From contig CAYMXZ010000002.1 in assembly GCA_964394475.1 (NCBI GenBank), positions 1 to 43,119 of the forward strand: a stretch of DNA of 43,119 nt. Direction: 5' to 3'. How positions within the stretch are numbered: the first letter of the stretch is position 1; each line of letters opens with the position of its first letter. The notes under the pieces are model-generated. The model saw only the letters and a program-made list of their open reading frames with translations. It did no database searches and had not been told where the DNA came from. Below, in pieces: positions 1 through 9,976 of this stretch. This DNA is from an uncultured Caldithrix sp. Lineage in GTDB: Bacteria > Calditrichota > Calditrichia > RBG-13-44-9. A program made the position numbers and the translations under genes.

Positions 1-874
1 CAGAAAACAAACTTGAAAGCAATATCCCTTTAACCGTAGGTGCTCCAGCTCCAATGCCTGCTACCGCCATTCCTTTAAATTCTCCACCGCAACCAGCACC
101 CAGTCCACCCATGGCGAGGCCTGTCATATCTTCACCAGCACCCGTTCCTAATCCTCCGATCGCAATTCCTTTCATGTTTTTACCTGTCCCGGCACCTAAT
201 CCACCAATAATGATACCCGCCAGGTCTTCGCCAGCTCCAGCACCTAATCCGCCAATTATTATTCCTTTCATGTTTTTACCTGCGCCTGCACCTAATCCGC
301 CAAAAACGATACCGGTCAAGTCCTCACCTGCTCCAGCGCCTAATCCACCAACTATTATTCCTTTCATATTCCTGCCACTTCCGGCTCCTAATCCACCCAG
401 AAAAATTCCCTTCATATCGCTTCCGGCTCCAACACCCAAACCACCAATAGCTAAACCACAAGCGTTGTTCCCGGAACCAACTCCCAGTAATCCCATGGAT
501 ACACCCCGAAGTTCCTGATCGGCTGCTGCACCTAAAATTCCTATCTGTATTCCGCGCAGATAACCGGCTTCCGGTAATAATCCCACAGAAAGGCCGGTGA
601 CCCGGGCTTGTTCGTTTTCTTTCGCTTTCCACAGGGTAATATTTATTCCACGAATATGCTCAACCTGACGGTCACGAAGATTCATTCGCACGCCGGAAAA
701 TTCCTTCGAGTTTCCAAAACTAATTCCAGCCTTAGAAGTCGGGAAGGATAATGCCTGACTAAAGGAGGAATGCTGTTGAAATAAAAAAAATAAAAATACC
801 CAAACGAATAGGACTAATTTTTTTACCTCCCATTTCGAGCTTGCTAAAAAAAACGGTGTTGCCTGATTTTCCAT
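1..874 (-). CDS. Secreted glycine-rich tandem-repeat protein, partial (C-terminus runs off the left edge of the window)
   Basis: Hand translation of the minus strand from the ATG at 874-872 gives MENQATPFFLASSKWEVKKLVLFVWVFLFFLFQQHSSFSQA (signal-peptide-like). It continues ...GIQIGILGAAADQELRGVSMGLLGVGSG... and then repeated GGLGAGAG(E/K)(D/N)(L/M)(T/K)GI(I/V)x units. The frame stays open to position 1. It is missing from the ORF track because it has no stop codon inside the window. It loosely resembles surface repeat proteins with GxQxGxxN/GGLG repeats, but the family is not identified. Confidence 0.75.
   Translation of the reverse strand, partial: MENQATPFFLASSKWEVKKLVLFVWVFLFFLFQQHSSFSQALSFPTSKAGISFGNSKEFSGVRMNLRDRQVEHIRGINITLWKAKENEQARVTGLSVGLLPEAGYLRGIQIGILGAAADQELRGVSMGLLGVGSGNNACGLAIGGLGVGAGSDMKGIFLGGLGAGSGRNMKGIIVGGLGAGAGEDLTGIVFGGLGAGAGKNMKGIIIGGLGAGAGEDLAGIIIGGLGAGTGKNMKGIAIGGLGTGAGEDMTGLAMGGLGAGCGGEFKGMAVAGIGAGAPTVKGILLSSLFS
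51..482 (-). repeat. About 9 tandem copies of a 48-bp (16-aa) coding repeat with a 96-bp super-period
   Basis: On the plus strand the word cctaatcc(a/g/t)cc recurs at 147, 195, 243, 291, 339 and 387. Degenerate copies sit at 51, 99 and 435, so the spacing is exactly 48 nt. Alternate units carry either ...ttcctttcatgttttta... (KNMKG units) or ...gtc..tc.tc.cc... (EDLTG/EDLAG units). Confidence 0.85.
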
Positions 875-1136
875 CTTTCTCTCCGTCATTTGAAAAGGTT
901 CATGTTTTGAAGCATTCATGATTGGTTAACCTCTTTTTCAATTTATTTTTTTTCAGCTATACGGAATAAAAGAATATTTGTTTACTGCTTTTTTCTTTTA
1001 TCAATTGCGTTCTATTGCTAAGTGGGTAATACATTTTTTAAATAAGATGGTTGTGGAGTATAAGATTTATTCTCGTAAACAAGATAAAAGATAACGGGGT
1101 TTTTCAAGAAAATAGTGATGTATTTTTGATTTCTTT

Positions 1137-3692
1137 TTACGATGCTTTTTCCTGGAGTGAATGGTAAACGACGCTGAGGAGTTCATTCATCGAAAAAGGT
1201 TTACGAAGAAAAAAATATCCCAGATTTTGAATTTCTGCTCGATCACATTTGTCACCTGCATATCCACTGCATAAGATAACCGTCAAATCCGGCTTATCAA
1301 CGGTCATCGTTTTTGCAATATCTAAACCACTTCCATCTGGTAAAATGACATCTGTTATCAGTAGTTTTATTTCATCCTTAAGCTCAGAATATAATGTCAA
1401 TGCCTCCTGAGCGTTGCCTGCCAGGAACACTTTAAAACCCTTTTCTGTTAACAGAGTACCGATAAAATCTCGAATTCCCTCCTCATCTTCAATAACCAGA
1501 ACTACCTCGCCTTTACTCTGGAAAGTGATTTTAGATAATTGATCTTTGTCTGCTTTGGTCGATTTTACAAACGAAGCTGGCAGATAAATTTCGAAAGTGG
1601 TTCCTTTATCCAGCTCGGTTGTGACATTTATCCAGCCATGATGTTGGGTGATAATTCCATAAACAACTGAAAGCCCCAGACCTGTTCCCTTCCCCTGTTC
1701 TTTGGTGGTAAAAAATGGTTCGAACAAGTGTTGATAAACCTCCTGAGTCATTCCGGTACCTGTATCTGAAAAGGTTAATCTTACAAATCGACCAGGCCGG
1801 GAACGGGGAATCTTTTCACTCTGACTTTTATCGATCACCACATTGTTGGTGGCAATAAAGATTGTACCTCCTTTGGGCATGGCATCGCGCGAATTAACTG
1901 CCAGATTCATAATTACCTGCTCTAAGTTTCCCTCATCCGCATAAACTCTCCACAAATTTGGAAAAAAGTTTGTTTTAATCTGGATGTCTTCACCAATCAC
2001 CCGCTCTAACAATAGCAACATGTTCCGAATAGTCTCATTAATATTGAGCGAGATGGGTTCCATAATTTGTTTACGACTGAATAAAAGCAGCTGATGAGTC
2101 AAGTTGCTGGCAAGTTGTACCGCTTTTTGAATCTGTTTCAAGTTTTTTTGTAGAGGATCTTTCTCCTTCACCATCTGCAAACTTAAATCAGTGAACCCCC
2201 TTATAGTTGTTAAAAGATTATTGAAATCATGAGCCATTCCTCCGGCTAAGGTTCCCACCGCTTCCATTTTTTGGGCTTGCAAAAGCTGAGCATGCATTTT
2301 TTCCCGTTCTTGTTCAATTTCCTTTTGCTGAGTAATGTCCATGTGAGTACCTAACATTCGACCTGTTTTTCCCGACTCATCTGGAACCACTCTGCCGCGT
2401 GTGATAAACCATTTAGTCGAACCCTCTCGATGCACCATCCGATAGCTCAAATCTACCTCGGACAATCTTCTCTGTAAAACTGAATCATATTCCTGTTTAA
2501 ATTTTTCGACATCGTCGGGATGAATTAGTTTTATCCACTCTTCCAATCGGTTGGCAATTTCATCATCGGTGTAACCTAAAATGGCTTTCAGAATTGGATC
2601 GATGTACATCTGTTTTGTTTCTAAATTTAAATCCCATACTCCTATTTTGGCGGCAGTGGTTGCCATCTTATATCTGCGTTCGCTCTCCCTTAAGGCCTCT
2701 TCGGCTCTTTTTTTCTCCGTGATGTCCTCATAGCTTCCAAATAAACCAATAATCTCACCCTGTTTATTCTGCAGCGGAATTTTGGTAGTTCTTAACCAAA
2801 GGAAAGATCCATCTTCACGGACCTGCGGTTCTTCATAATTAATTTTAGAAATATTTTTTTCGATGATTTCTGTATCATCCGAACGATATAACGGAGCGGT
2901 TTTTTTCCAGGAAAGCTCAAAATCATTCTTACCCACTATCTCCTCTGGTGAGTCTAATCCGGCATCCTGGGCAAAGGCTTTATTGCAACCCATATAAATA
3001 AAATTTTTATCCTTCCAGAATAATCGGGTGGGGATAGTGTCCATGACCAGTTGCAACATTTGTTGAGAATCTTTCAAATCTTCCCGGGCTTTTTCCAGAT
3101 TGACTCTCGTTCGAACCGATGACAATCCGAAAGAAAGATCGGCGGCTAAATCGATTAGAAATTTTAATTCCTTTTCCTCAAAAGCACCTGCTTCTGCTGA
3201 GTAAATTGCCAGAACCCCAATGAGCTGCGACTGCTGTGATAAAGGCAAAATTACTACTGAAGTATATCCTAATTTTCTGGCATCGGAGGGCGCAACCATC
3301 CCGGCTGGCTGATAAGAAATAATATTTTCCAGGAAAGGTTGGCCGGAGCGAATAGAAGGTAAAATGATCGGCATCTTTTGGATCAGCGAATGAATAGAAT
3401 CAAGTAATTGGCCTTCCTGATCTCCAGCTAAACCTTTATAAACGACCGGAATTAACTGGTTAGACTGAGCGTGATCGAAAAAACCTATCCATACAAAACG
3501 ATATCCCCCATCGCGAATGATGATATGACAGATTTCTTCCAATAAGGCGCTTTCATTTTCCGCTCTTACCAAAATCTGATTACACTCATTCATCATTTTT
3601 AGTAGGCGATTAATTGCCGGGAAGCCTTCCGCCCCATCGCCCGCTGAAGCAGCAAAATTATTGGTATTTTTTATCTTATTGTGATTTTCCAT
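1137..3692 (-). CDS. Hybrid sensor histidine kinase (GAF, 2x PAS, HisKA, HATPase_c, C-terminal receiver)
   Basis: H-box MEAVGTLAGGMAHDFNNLLTTIRG. N-box and G-boxes [33 protein letters not shown]-terminal receiver VLVIEDEEGIRDFI...ITDVILPDGSG...LRKPF. The N-terminal 460 aa look like GAF and PAS domains, with the EDITEKKRAEEAL linker typical of PAS arrays. Confidence 0.9.
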   Translation of the reverse strand: MENHNKIKNTNNFAASAGDGAEGFPAINRLLKMMNECNQILVRAENESALLEEICHIIIRDGGYRFVWIGFFDHAQSNQLIPVVYKGLAGDQEGQLLDSIHSLIQKMPIILPSIRSGQPFLENIISYQPAGMVAPSDARKLGYTSVVILPLSQQSQLIGVLAIYSAEAGAFEEKELKFLIDLAADLSFGLSSVRTRVNLEKAREDLKDSQQMLQLVMDTIPTRLFWKDKNFIYMGCNKAFAQDAGLDSPEEIVGKNDFELSWKKTAPLYRSDDTEIIEKNISKINYEEPQVREDGSFLWLRTTKIPLQNKQGEIIGLFGSYEDITEKKRAEEALRESERRYKMATTAAKIGVWDLNLETKQMYIDPILKAILGYTDDEIANRLEEWIKLIHPDDVEKFKQEYDSVLQRRLSEVDLSYRMVHREGSTKWFITRGRVVPDESGKTGRMLGTHMDITQQKEIEQEREKMHAQLLQAQKMEAVGTLAGGMAHDFNNLLTTIRGFTDLSLQMVKEKDPLQKNLKQIQKAVQLASNLTHQLLLFSRKQIMEPISLNINETIRNMLLLLERVIGEDIQIKTNFFPNLWRVYADEGNLEQVIMNLAVNSRDAMPKGGTIFIATNNVVIDKSQSEKIPRSRPGRFVRLTFSDTGTGMTQEVYQHLFEPFFTTKEQGKGTGLGLSVVYGIITQHHGWINVTTELDKGTTFEIYLPASFVKSTKADKDQLSKITFQSKGEVVLVIEDEEGIRDFIGTLLTEKGFKVFLAGNAQEALTLYSELKDEIKLLITDVILPDGSGLDIAKTMTVDKPDLTVILCSGYAGDKCDRAEIQNLGYFFLRKPFSMNELLSVVYHSLQEKAS

Positions 3693-3883
3693 ATTTCCTT
3701 TAATAATTGAGATATACCAGTTGAAGAACCATATTTTTTATACATTAATTGATAACTCATGTGTATACCAAAAAAAGGCCAGGGTACCAAGCGATAACCA
3801 TCTTCATCGCCATCACTTGCAAGAATGGCGAGTCGAATCAATATAACTCCATATTTCCGACGACTGAACTAAAAAATGCCTGA

Positions 3884-4867
3884 TCAATTTTTCTTTTTCA
3901 GGCTGGTAACAGGGGATTGTTTACCGGTAGAACGTACTAATCGAATATCATCGATATAAATGTCCATGGGAGAGCTCAACCTGACAGCAAAAATACCAAA
4001 ACTTGTGATTTTGTTTAACTGCATCAGGCGATTGTGGGGCGCCGTTCTGACATCTTCCAGAGAAACTTTTAGCTGATTCCAGCCGGGGTGTAAGATCAGC
4101 CGTCTGTTAAAGCGGTCCTCATATAATTGTCCAGTTTCGACATGCTGGGCATCGTGGATTCGACAGGCAAGATTCAGGGAGGAAGGGAGCGGATTATATA
4201 CTGCAAAAAATAAACTATCCCATCCTTCCCAGTTTTGTGGAAAATATTTTAAGAATACTCCTGAATATTCAGCGGTGCTCAGACTGATCCGTAAGGAGTG
4301 CTTTCCTTCAAATGCCAAAGCAGTCGTCCTGGCTTTTGCTTCCTTCGGTTCCCAGCGCTCAATTTCAAAGGGTGTTTCAAATCCTGACAATACAGGGAAC
4401 TGGTAGCGACTCCATATCTCATCTACCACTGCTTTAAAGGGAGCAAATAATTCGACGAAAATGAGTAAAATTACCAGCAGGCGAATAATGAAAATCTGGC
4501 GGAGGCGGTTCTTTATATTAATGGAAAAAAAGACCCATCCTGCCATACAACCTAAAAAGTCCCTCCAAACATCTCCGAATTCAGAGAATCGGGAAAATTT
4601 TCGCTGGACGAATTCCAGAAGTATTCCAGTGGACAGCGTAATAACCACCAGTACCAGCAACTGAACCACAGGAGTCTGCTTCTTCAAGAGATCCCATCGT
4701 CGCAACAAAACCACGGTCAGCAATGTATACAGGACAATATGTCCCTGATCCCAGAGGCGTTTATATGATCGGGGAGAATAATAATAATCGGGACCGGCAA
4801 AAAAGAGAAAAAAAATGCCTAGCAAAAGCAAAATAAAAAGGATGGTATCAACTCGTGTCTTTCTCAT
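3884..4867 (-). CDS. VanZ-like membrane protein with a C-terminal beta-sandwich-like (CBM/CIA30-like) domain
   Basis: The N-terminal half has about 4 TM helices and VanZ-type motifs (GHIVLYTLL; LLEFVQRKFSRFSEFGDVWRDFLGCMAG). The C-terminal ~170 aa are soluble and beta-rich (SLRISLSTAEYSGVFLKYFPQNWEGWDSLFFAVYNP...LHPGWNQLKVSLEDV). The assignment of this C-terminal domain is tentative. Confidence 0.6.
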   Translation of the reverse strand: MRKTRVDTILFILLLLGIFFLFFAGPDYYYSPRSYKRLWDQGHIVLYTLLTVVLLRRWDLLKKQTPVVQLLVLVVITLSTGILLEFVQRKFSRFSEFGDVWRDFLGCMAGWVFFSINIKNRLRQIFIIRLLVILLIFVELFAPFKAVVDEIWSRYQFPVLSGFETPFEIERWEPKEAKARTTALAFEGKHSLRISLSTAEYSGVFLKYFPQNWEGWDSLFFAVYNPLPSSLNLACRIHDAQHVETGQLYEDRFNRRLILHPGWNQLKVSLEDVRTAPHNRLMQLNKITSFGIFAVRLSSPMDIYIDDIRLVRSTGKQSPVTSLKKKN

Positions 4868-5111
4868 ACTCTCGTCAAATTGAACTTTCTGAAAATATTA
4901 AGCATATATTATATGTTTAGAAAAGCCTATTTATTAAAAAAGTTTTTTATAGATATTCAGGCATCAAAGGCAATCAATGATTAACTCGAACAGAAAGTGA
5001 CATAGTGAAGGTTTTCGACCGGTGAAGTGAGTTTAGAAATTTCTTTTAAAAAAAATTATTTTATTAATGGTAACTCTTATATATTTAGCACAGTTATTAA
5101 TCAAATAATCT

Positions 5112-7952
5112 ATGAAGTTATCATTTTTAATCATTTGGGGCTTATTTTTATTTTGGTTCTTCTTCCCGGTAGAAGTATCCTCGCAATGGTTCTATTACGG
5201 TCGAAATAAAGTCCAATATACCGACTTTGACTGGTATGTTTTGCAGACCGATCATTTTGATATTTATTATTATCCGGAGATGGAAGAATTAGCGGAAAAT
5301 GGAGCCTACTTTGCGGAAGAAGGCTATCATTATTTAGAAAACAAATTCAACTTCACCATAAATCGAAGAATTCCCCTCATATTATATAGCTCTCATCTCC
5401 ACTTTCAGCAAACCAATGTTACCCCTTCATTCATCCCGGAAGGTGTGGGTGGCTTTTTTGAATTTCTGAAAGGCCGGGTCGTCATCCCTAGCGATGGTAA
5501 CATCAATATGTTTCGCAAAGTCATTTTCCACGAGCTGATCCATGTCTTCATGCACAGTAAAGTGTATTATGTGAACAAAGAGCGTTCTCGTTTCGAAGGA
5601 ACCTATCCCCCCTTATGGTTTATAGAAGGATTAGCAGAGTATTGGTCATCCGAATGGGATGCACAAGCCGAGATGATCATGCGCGATGCCGTCCTGAATA
5701 ATTATGTGGTACCCCTCTCCCAGATTTACCAGATTCAGGGGACGTACATGATGTATAAAGAAGGACAGGCCATCCTTAAATACATTGCGGAGACTTATGG
5801 CGAAGAGAAAATACTACAAATGCTGGAAGAGATCTGGAAGTACAGTAAATTCTCCGATGTCTTCAAAGATGTTATGGGGAAAACCTATGAAGAATTCGAT
5901 GTCGAGTGGATGTATTATTTGAAAAAAAAGTATTATCCGCTTCTGCAGCATAATGATTTTTCAAAAATGGTGACCGCAACTATTGTCTCTAAGGGATACA
6001 ATTTCAATCCGGCCTTCTATCGGGATGAAAGTGGCACGGAACAGGTTGTATTTATTGGAAATCGAGGCGGTTATTCCAATATATACTTGCAGGAATTAAA
6101 ACCATTGAAATTACGCCAGCGGGAAAAACCTAAAACGATAGTCAAAGGAGAACGAACCTCAGATTTCGAATCTTTTCACCTTTTTACCAGCAAAATAGAT
6201 GTGGATAAAAAAGGAAATCTGGTTTTCTCGTCCAAGAGCAAAGAGAACGATGCGCTGTATATCTTTAATCTTCCTGAAATGCGGGTGATAAAAAAATATT
6301 ACTGGGATAAACTGGTGAGTATTTCTTCACCATCATTCTCACCTGAAGGAGACAAGATCGTTTTTACAGCGGTCGATTTCGGCGGTAAACAAGATCTGTA
6401 TCTCTTCGATCTTCCCCAGCAGCGCCTCTTGCGATTGACCGATGATTTTTATTTGGATCAAGCCGCTTCATTTTCTCCCGATGGAAAAAAAATTATCTTC
6501 TCTTCCGACCGAACGCAATTCGGAGTTGACTGGTGTTATAATCTTTTCATTTATGATCTGACTACTGATCTGATCTACTATCTTACCACCGGGCCTTATC
6601 AAGATAATACCCCTGTATGGTCTCCCGATGGTCGCTATATAGCCTTTACATCCGATAGAGATTCTTCCTTTAATATCTGGATAGCGGATCTTTCTTCCAT
6701 TTCAGAATGGACTGCCGACAGCTATTTAAAAGTCCAGCTAAAACAAATTTCAAAATTTACCAATGCAGCCTTTAATCCTGAATGGGTAGACGATAATCGT
6801 TTGTTATTTTCGGTATATGAAAACAACCGTTTTGAAATTCGGCAAATGGATCAATTATCTTCTCGAATCGATTCCACTCATTCAACTATTTCCAATATAC
6901 CACTATTTGGTCATCGCCAATGGCAGTTCAGTCGGTTATCGGGAAGCAAAATACAATCTAAATTGCGCTATCGGAAAAAATATCAACTGGATATTGCGCA
7001 GGCTCAGGTGAGCCAGGATCCCTTCTGGGGGACAACCGGTGGTGCTATCTTTGCTTTTACCGATGTGCTGGGAAATGATCAGTATTATTTTATGTTGTAT
7101 AATAATGCTCAAAGTCGTGGTGATTTTTTCAGGAGTTTCAACGGAGCCATCACGAAGGTCTCTCTGGAGAAGAGAACAAATTATGCCTTTGGTGCTTTTC
7201 GATTTTCCGGACGCTATTTTAATTATCGCGATGGATATTATTATGAAGATCGGGCCGGTGGCTTTTTTACCATCAGCTATCCTTTCTCACAATTCCAGCG
7301 CCTGGAATTTAATACGAACTTGAGTTATTCCGATAAAGATGTCTACGGATTAAGGCGCCGGCACTCCATCATTACCGGAAACTCCATTTCTCTGGTTTCA
7401 GACAATTCCATCTGGTGGTATACTGGACCCCTGGAAGGACATCGCTATAATTTAACGATAGCCAATACTTATGACCTGCGGTGGTCAAATGTAAATTACT
7501 ATACCTTTTTAGCCGATTTACGTCAATACATTCGTCTGGCACCACGCTTAACACATGCCATTCGATTCCTTATATTATATAATGAAGGACAGGAAGCACG
7601 TTGGTACTATCTGGGAGGCAGCTGGGATCTGCGCGGCTACCGACAATGGTCAATTCGAGGGGAAAAAATAGTCTTGATATCCAACGAGATTCGCTTCCCC
7701 TTTATTGATTATCTGGGTATCAAATTCCCTTTCATGGGAATAGGTTTTCACACGATACGGGGAGCTTTATTTTTAGATGCCGGTAATGCCTGGAATGATC
7801 GCTGGGAAGGTTTTTTAGGAAGTACCGGCTTTGGTTTCCGCATGAATGTGGGCGGATTTTTAGTTCTCCGATTGGATATTGGTAAAAAAACGGACTTTAA
7901 AAAGTTTACTTCAGATTGGTTCACTCAATTTTTCTTTGGCTGGGATTTCTAA
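5112..7952 (+). CDS. Outer-membrane fusion protein: MA-clan HEXXH peptidase-like domain, PD40/TolB-like beta-propeller repeats and an Omp85 (bacterial surface antigen) beta-barrel
   Basis: Signal peptide MKLSFLIIWGLFLFWFFFPVEVSSQ. HELIH motif at codons 140-144 (5529-5543). PD40 repeats FSPEGDKIVFTA, FSPDGKKIIFSSDR, WSPDGRYIAFTSDRD. The C-terminus is typical of Omp85 barrels (WDLRGY...NEIRFPF...LFLDAGNAW...GFGFRMNVGGFLVLRLDIG...FFGWDF, ending in an aromatic residue). Confidence 0.8.
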   Translation: MKLSFLIIWGLFLFWFFFPVEVSSQWFYYGRNKVQYTDFDWYVLQTDHFDIYYYPEMEELAENGAYFAEEGYHYLENKFNFTINRRIPLILYSSHLHFQQTNVTPSFIPEGVGGFFEFLKGRVVIPSDGNINMFRKVIFHELIHVFMHSKVYYVNKERSRFEGTYPPLWFIEGLAEYWSSEWDAQAEMIMRDAVLNNYVVPLSQIYQIQGTYMMYKEGQAILKYIAETYGEEKILQMLEEIWKYSKFSDVFKDVMGKTYEEFDVEWMYYLKKKYYPLLQHNDFSKMVTATIVSKGYNFNPAFYRDESGTEQVVFIGNRGGYSNIYLQELKPLKLRQREKPKTIVKGERTSDFESFHLFTSKIDVDKKGNLVFSSKSKENDALYIFNLPEMRVIKKYYWDKLVSISSPSFSPEGDKIVFTAVDFGGKQDLYLFDLPQQRLLRLTDDFYLDQAASFSPDGKKIIFSSDRTQFGVDWCYNLFIYDLTTDLIYYLTTGPYQDNTPVWSPDGRYIAFTSDRDSSFNIWIADLSSISEWTADSYLKVQLKQISKFTNAAFNPEWVDDNRLLFSVYENNRFEIRQMDQLSSRIDSTHSTISNIPLFGHRQWQFSRLSGSKIQSKLRYRKKYQLDIAQAQVSQDPFWGTTGGAIFAFTDVLGNDQYYFMLYNNAQSRGDFFRSFNGAITKVSLEKRTNYAFGAFRFSGRYFNYRDGYYYEDRAGGFFTISYPFSQFQRLEFNTNLSYSDKDVYGLRRRHSIITGNSISLVSDNSIWWYTGPLEGHRYNLTIANTYDLRWSNVNYYTFLADLRQYIRLAPRLTHAIRFLILYNEGQEARWYYLGGSWDLRGYRQWSIRGEKIVLISNEIRFPFIDYLGIKFPFMGIGFHTIRGALFLDAGNAWNDRWEGFLGSTGFGFRMNVGGFLVLRLDIGKKTDFKKFTSDWFTQFFFGWDF

Positions 7953-7960
7953 AAACGAAG

Positions 7961-9130
7961 ATGAAAAATAAATTAATACTCTACAGCTTTTTTAGCCTGA
8001 TATTCGTCACCGTATTCTGCGCTGGATGGGCGAAATTAAAATTTTCCAGCGAATATGCACAGACCTCCGCTCCCGCCAGTCCAACACCTTTTCTATCCAA
8101 TCTCAGACAAAACTCAGTGGACAGCGATATTTCTCCCCCTTATAAAATTATCTGGGAAACCGGTGTGAAATCAATGGTGTCCGATCAACCTCTGGCCTTT
8201 GATCAGTATCTGGTTTATACCTTAAAAAATGGTACCATCGGTTTTCTGGATATCCAGACGGGAAAAGTGATTGCAGAAAATCGCATTGCCCCGGCTTTTG
8301 AACACGCTCCAGTGATTGACAAATACACCGTTTTCTATGCTGCTAATTTGGGCAAAGAAACCCTGGTTTCCTTTAATCTCTTAGAACTCCGAAAAAATTG
8401 GATTGTTAATTTGCCTCACATTTATACGACTCCTCTAACCTGGAAAAATTATATTTATGTTGGAAGTAAAGAGAGGAGTTTCTTTGCCGTGGATAAAATG
8501 AGTGGTGAAACTCGATGGCAATATCACGCTAACGCTTCTCTTTTTGGTACTCCTGCAGAACAGGACGGTAAAATCTATTTCTGCGATGTAAAAGGTTCAG
8601 TGTATTGCATTGATGGCCTCACCGGTGAATTGCAATGGCGCACAAAATTACTTCCCAATATATACGGAGGACCAGTATTGGGCACTCAACAAGTATTTAT
8701 AGGAAATACGGCCGGGATTTTAAATGCCTTAGAGGCTACTACTGGCAAAATACTATGGCAGACAGCGACCGGAGGCTCAATTTATTCGAATATTGCACTG
8801 AAGGAAAACCTGCTTTATGTTGGCAACAACTCGAATAAAATGCTGGCCATTAATGCCCAGGATGGCCAAATACTCTGGGAATTTCAAACCAAAGGAATTA
8901 TCAATTCGGCACCATTAGTGGGAAAAAATTTCCTTTATTTTGGAGCATGGGATAAAAATTTTTACATCTTATCCCGATATTCTGGAGAACTGATTCAAAA
9001 GATTGAATTCAAAAGACCGGTAAAATCATCTCCATTGCTTTATGAAAATAAACTTTTTTTACATATAGCCAATGATCATTTGTATTGCATCGGAACAGTT
9101 GATTCACCATCCGGTGGAGTAAAGAGATGA
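7961..9130 (+). CDS. BamB-like PQQ-type beta-propeller lipoprotein
   Basis: Repeated propeller blades with a tG..xW signature (DIQTGKVIAEN, DKMSGETRWQY, IDGLTGELQWRT, EATTGKILWQT, NAQDGQILWEF, SRYSGELIQKI). I start the gene at the ATG at 7961 (MKNKLILYSFFSLIFVTVFCAGW). This gives a signal peptide with a lipobox-like TVFC and avoids overlapping the upstream gene. The ORF-track start is 7916. Confidence 0.8.
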   Translation: MKNKLILYSFFSLIFVTVFCAGWAKLKFSSEYAQTSAPASPTPFLSNLRQNSVDSDISPPYKIIWETGVKSMVSDQPLAFDQYLVYTLKNGTIGFLDIQTGKVIAENRIAPAFEHAPVIDKYTVFYAANLGKETLVSFNLLELRKNWIVNLPHIYTTPLTWKNYIYVGSKERSFFAVDKMSGETRWQYHANASLFGTPAEQDGKIYFCDVKGSVYCIDGLTGELQWRTKLLPNIYGGPVLGTQQVFIGNTAGILNALEATTGKILWQTATGGSIYSNIALKENLLYVGNNSNKMLAINAQDGQILWEFQTKGIINSAPLVGKNFLYFGAWDKNFYILSRYSGELIQKIEFKRPVKSSPLLYENKLFLHIANDHLYCIGTVDSPSGGVKR

Positions 9131-9897
9131 TAAAAACTTTTATTTTTATTTGTCTGTTATCATGGGTGGCCGTCTGCTGGTCTCAGTCAGAGTATGCTCA
9201 CTTATCAGTCTATTCTACCCCCCAGAATATCACCATTCGTTTGAATTCAATTATATTGGGGACAACTCCTCTGCAAGACATTCATGTTGAGCCTGGAAGA
9301 TATCAGATAGAAGCACTTGTGACCGAACCAGGAATTTGGTATAACCATAATTTAGTTAAAGAAATCCAACTTTGGGCTGGACAGGATACCACCATCTATT
9401 TTCAGATTCCTTCTCTGGTAAAGATTAATTCTATCCCTTTTCATGCCCGACTACTGCAGGAGAATCGTTTCATCGGACTCACCCCATTATTTTTAGATTT
9501 CAACCAATTTCAGGGGAAAGAATTCTTCCTGGAAAAAACCGGTTATAGAAGTGTTCACTTTGTTTTATCCTCTGCCCGATCTCAAGTATATATCCTTGAT
9601 CCCCTCGAGCTTGCTGTATCCAGTGAAGAACACCATTCCTTTGTGAATTCACTTTTCCGCAGCCGTCTAAAAACTAAATTTATACTTTTAGGTGGCACAG
9701 TTGCCTCACACTGGCTGGCATTTTATTTCAAAAATATGGCCGATGAAAACTACAATAGCTATCTAAAAACCGGAAATCCTCAACATATGCAGAAATATTG
9801 GGACAATACCCAGAAATACGATCGCTGGTCTGATATTAGCATTATCGTCTCCTATACTTTTTTAGGCGGGCTCATTTACACGGTGCTTTTGGATTGA
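9127..9897 (+). CDS. PEGA domain-containing membrane protein
   Basis: Signal peptide, then a PEGA-like segment (LSVYSTPQNITIRLNSIILGTTPLQDIHVEPGRYQIEA). Two C-terminal hydrophobic helices. The start overlaps the upstream stop (ATGA at 9127-9130), which suggests translational coupling. Confidence 0.7.
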   Translation: MIKTFIFICLLSWVAVCWSQSEYAHLSVYSTPQNITIRLNSIILGTTPLQDIHVEPGRYQIEALVTEPGIWYNHNLVKEIQLWAGQDTTIYFQIPSLVKINSIPFHARLLQENRFIGLTPLFLDFNQFQGKEFFLEKTGYRSVHFVLSSARSQVYILDPLELAVSSEEHHSFVNSLFRSRLKTKFILLGGTVASHWLAFYFKNMADENYNSYLKTGNPQHMQKYWDNTQKYDRWSDISIIVSYTFLGGLIYTVLLD

Positions 9898-9941
9898 TAC
9901 TTTTAAAAAATGTGCTTTTAAAATATTTCAAAAAAAAGTGC

Positions 9942-9970
9942 TTGACAAGTTTAAGAAATTATATTATTTT
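9942..9970 (+). promoter_or_regulatory. Candidate sigma-70-type promoter (TTGACA, 17 nt spacer, TATTTT) with an A/T-rich upstream tract
   Basis: TTGACA at 9942-9947, a 17-nt spacer, and TATTTT at 9965-9970. It is preceded by aaaatatttcaaaaaaaag. This rests on sequence match only. The promoter consensus of this lineage is unknown. Confidence 0.3.
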
Positions 9971-9976
9971 TGTTGC

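Noticed and set aside
51-482. Regular 48-bp periodicity that could be mistaken for a CRISPR array
   Set aside because: The units are contiguous with no unique spacers between them. They are all in one open reading frame and degenerate gradually, as in coding tandem repeats. There are no cas genes in the window.
54-518. 154-aa plus-strand ORF encoding a proline-rich repeat (PAPAPNPP...)
   Set aside because: It is the antisense reading of the Gly-rich 48-bp repeat (GGN/GCN codons read backwards as CCN/GCN). The minus-strand frame has a signal peptide and a start at 874 and stays open across the whole region, so it is the better gene model.
324-632. 102-aa minus-strand ORF (MESERKRTSPGH...)
   Set aside because: It is an out-of-frame ORF (different codon phase) inside the Gly-rich repeat gene. 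Its composition is Arg/Ser/Trp-rich, typical of off-frame translation.
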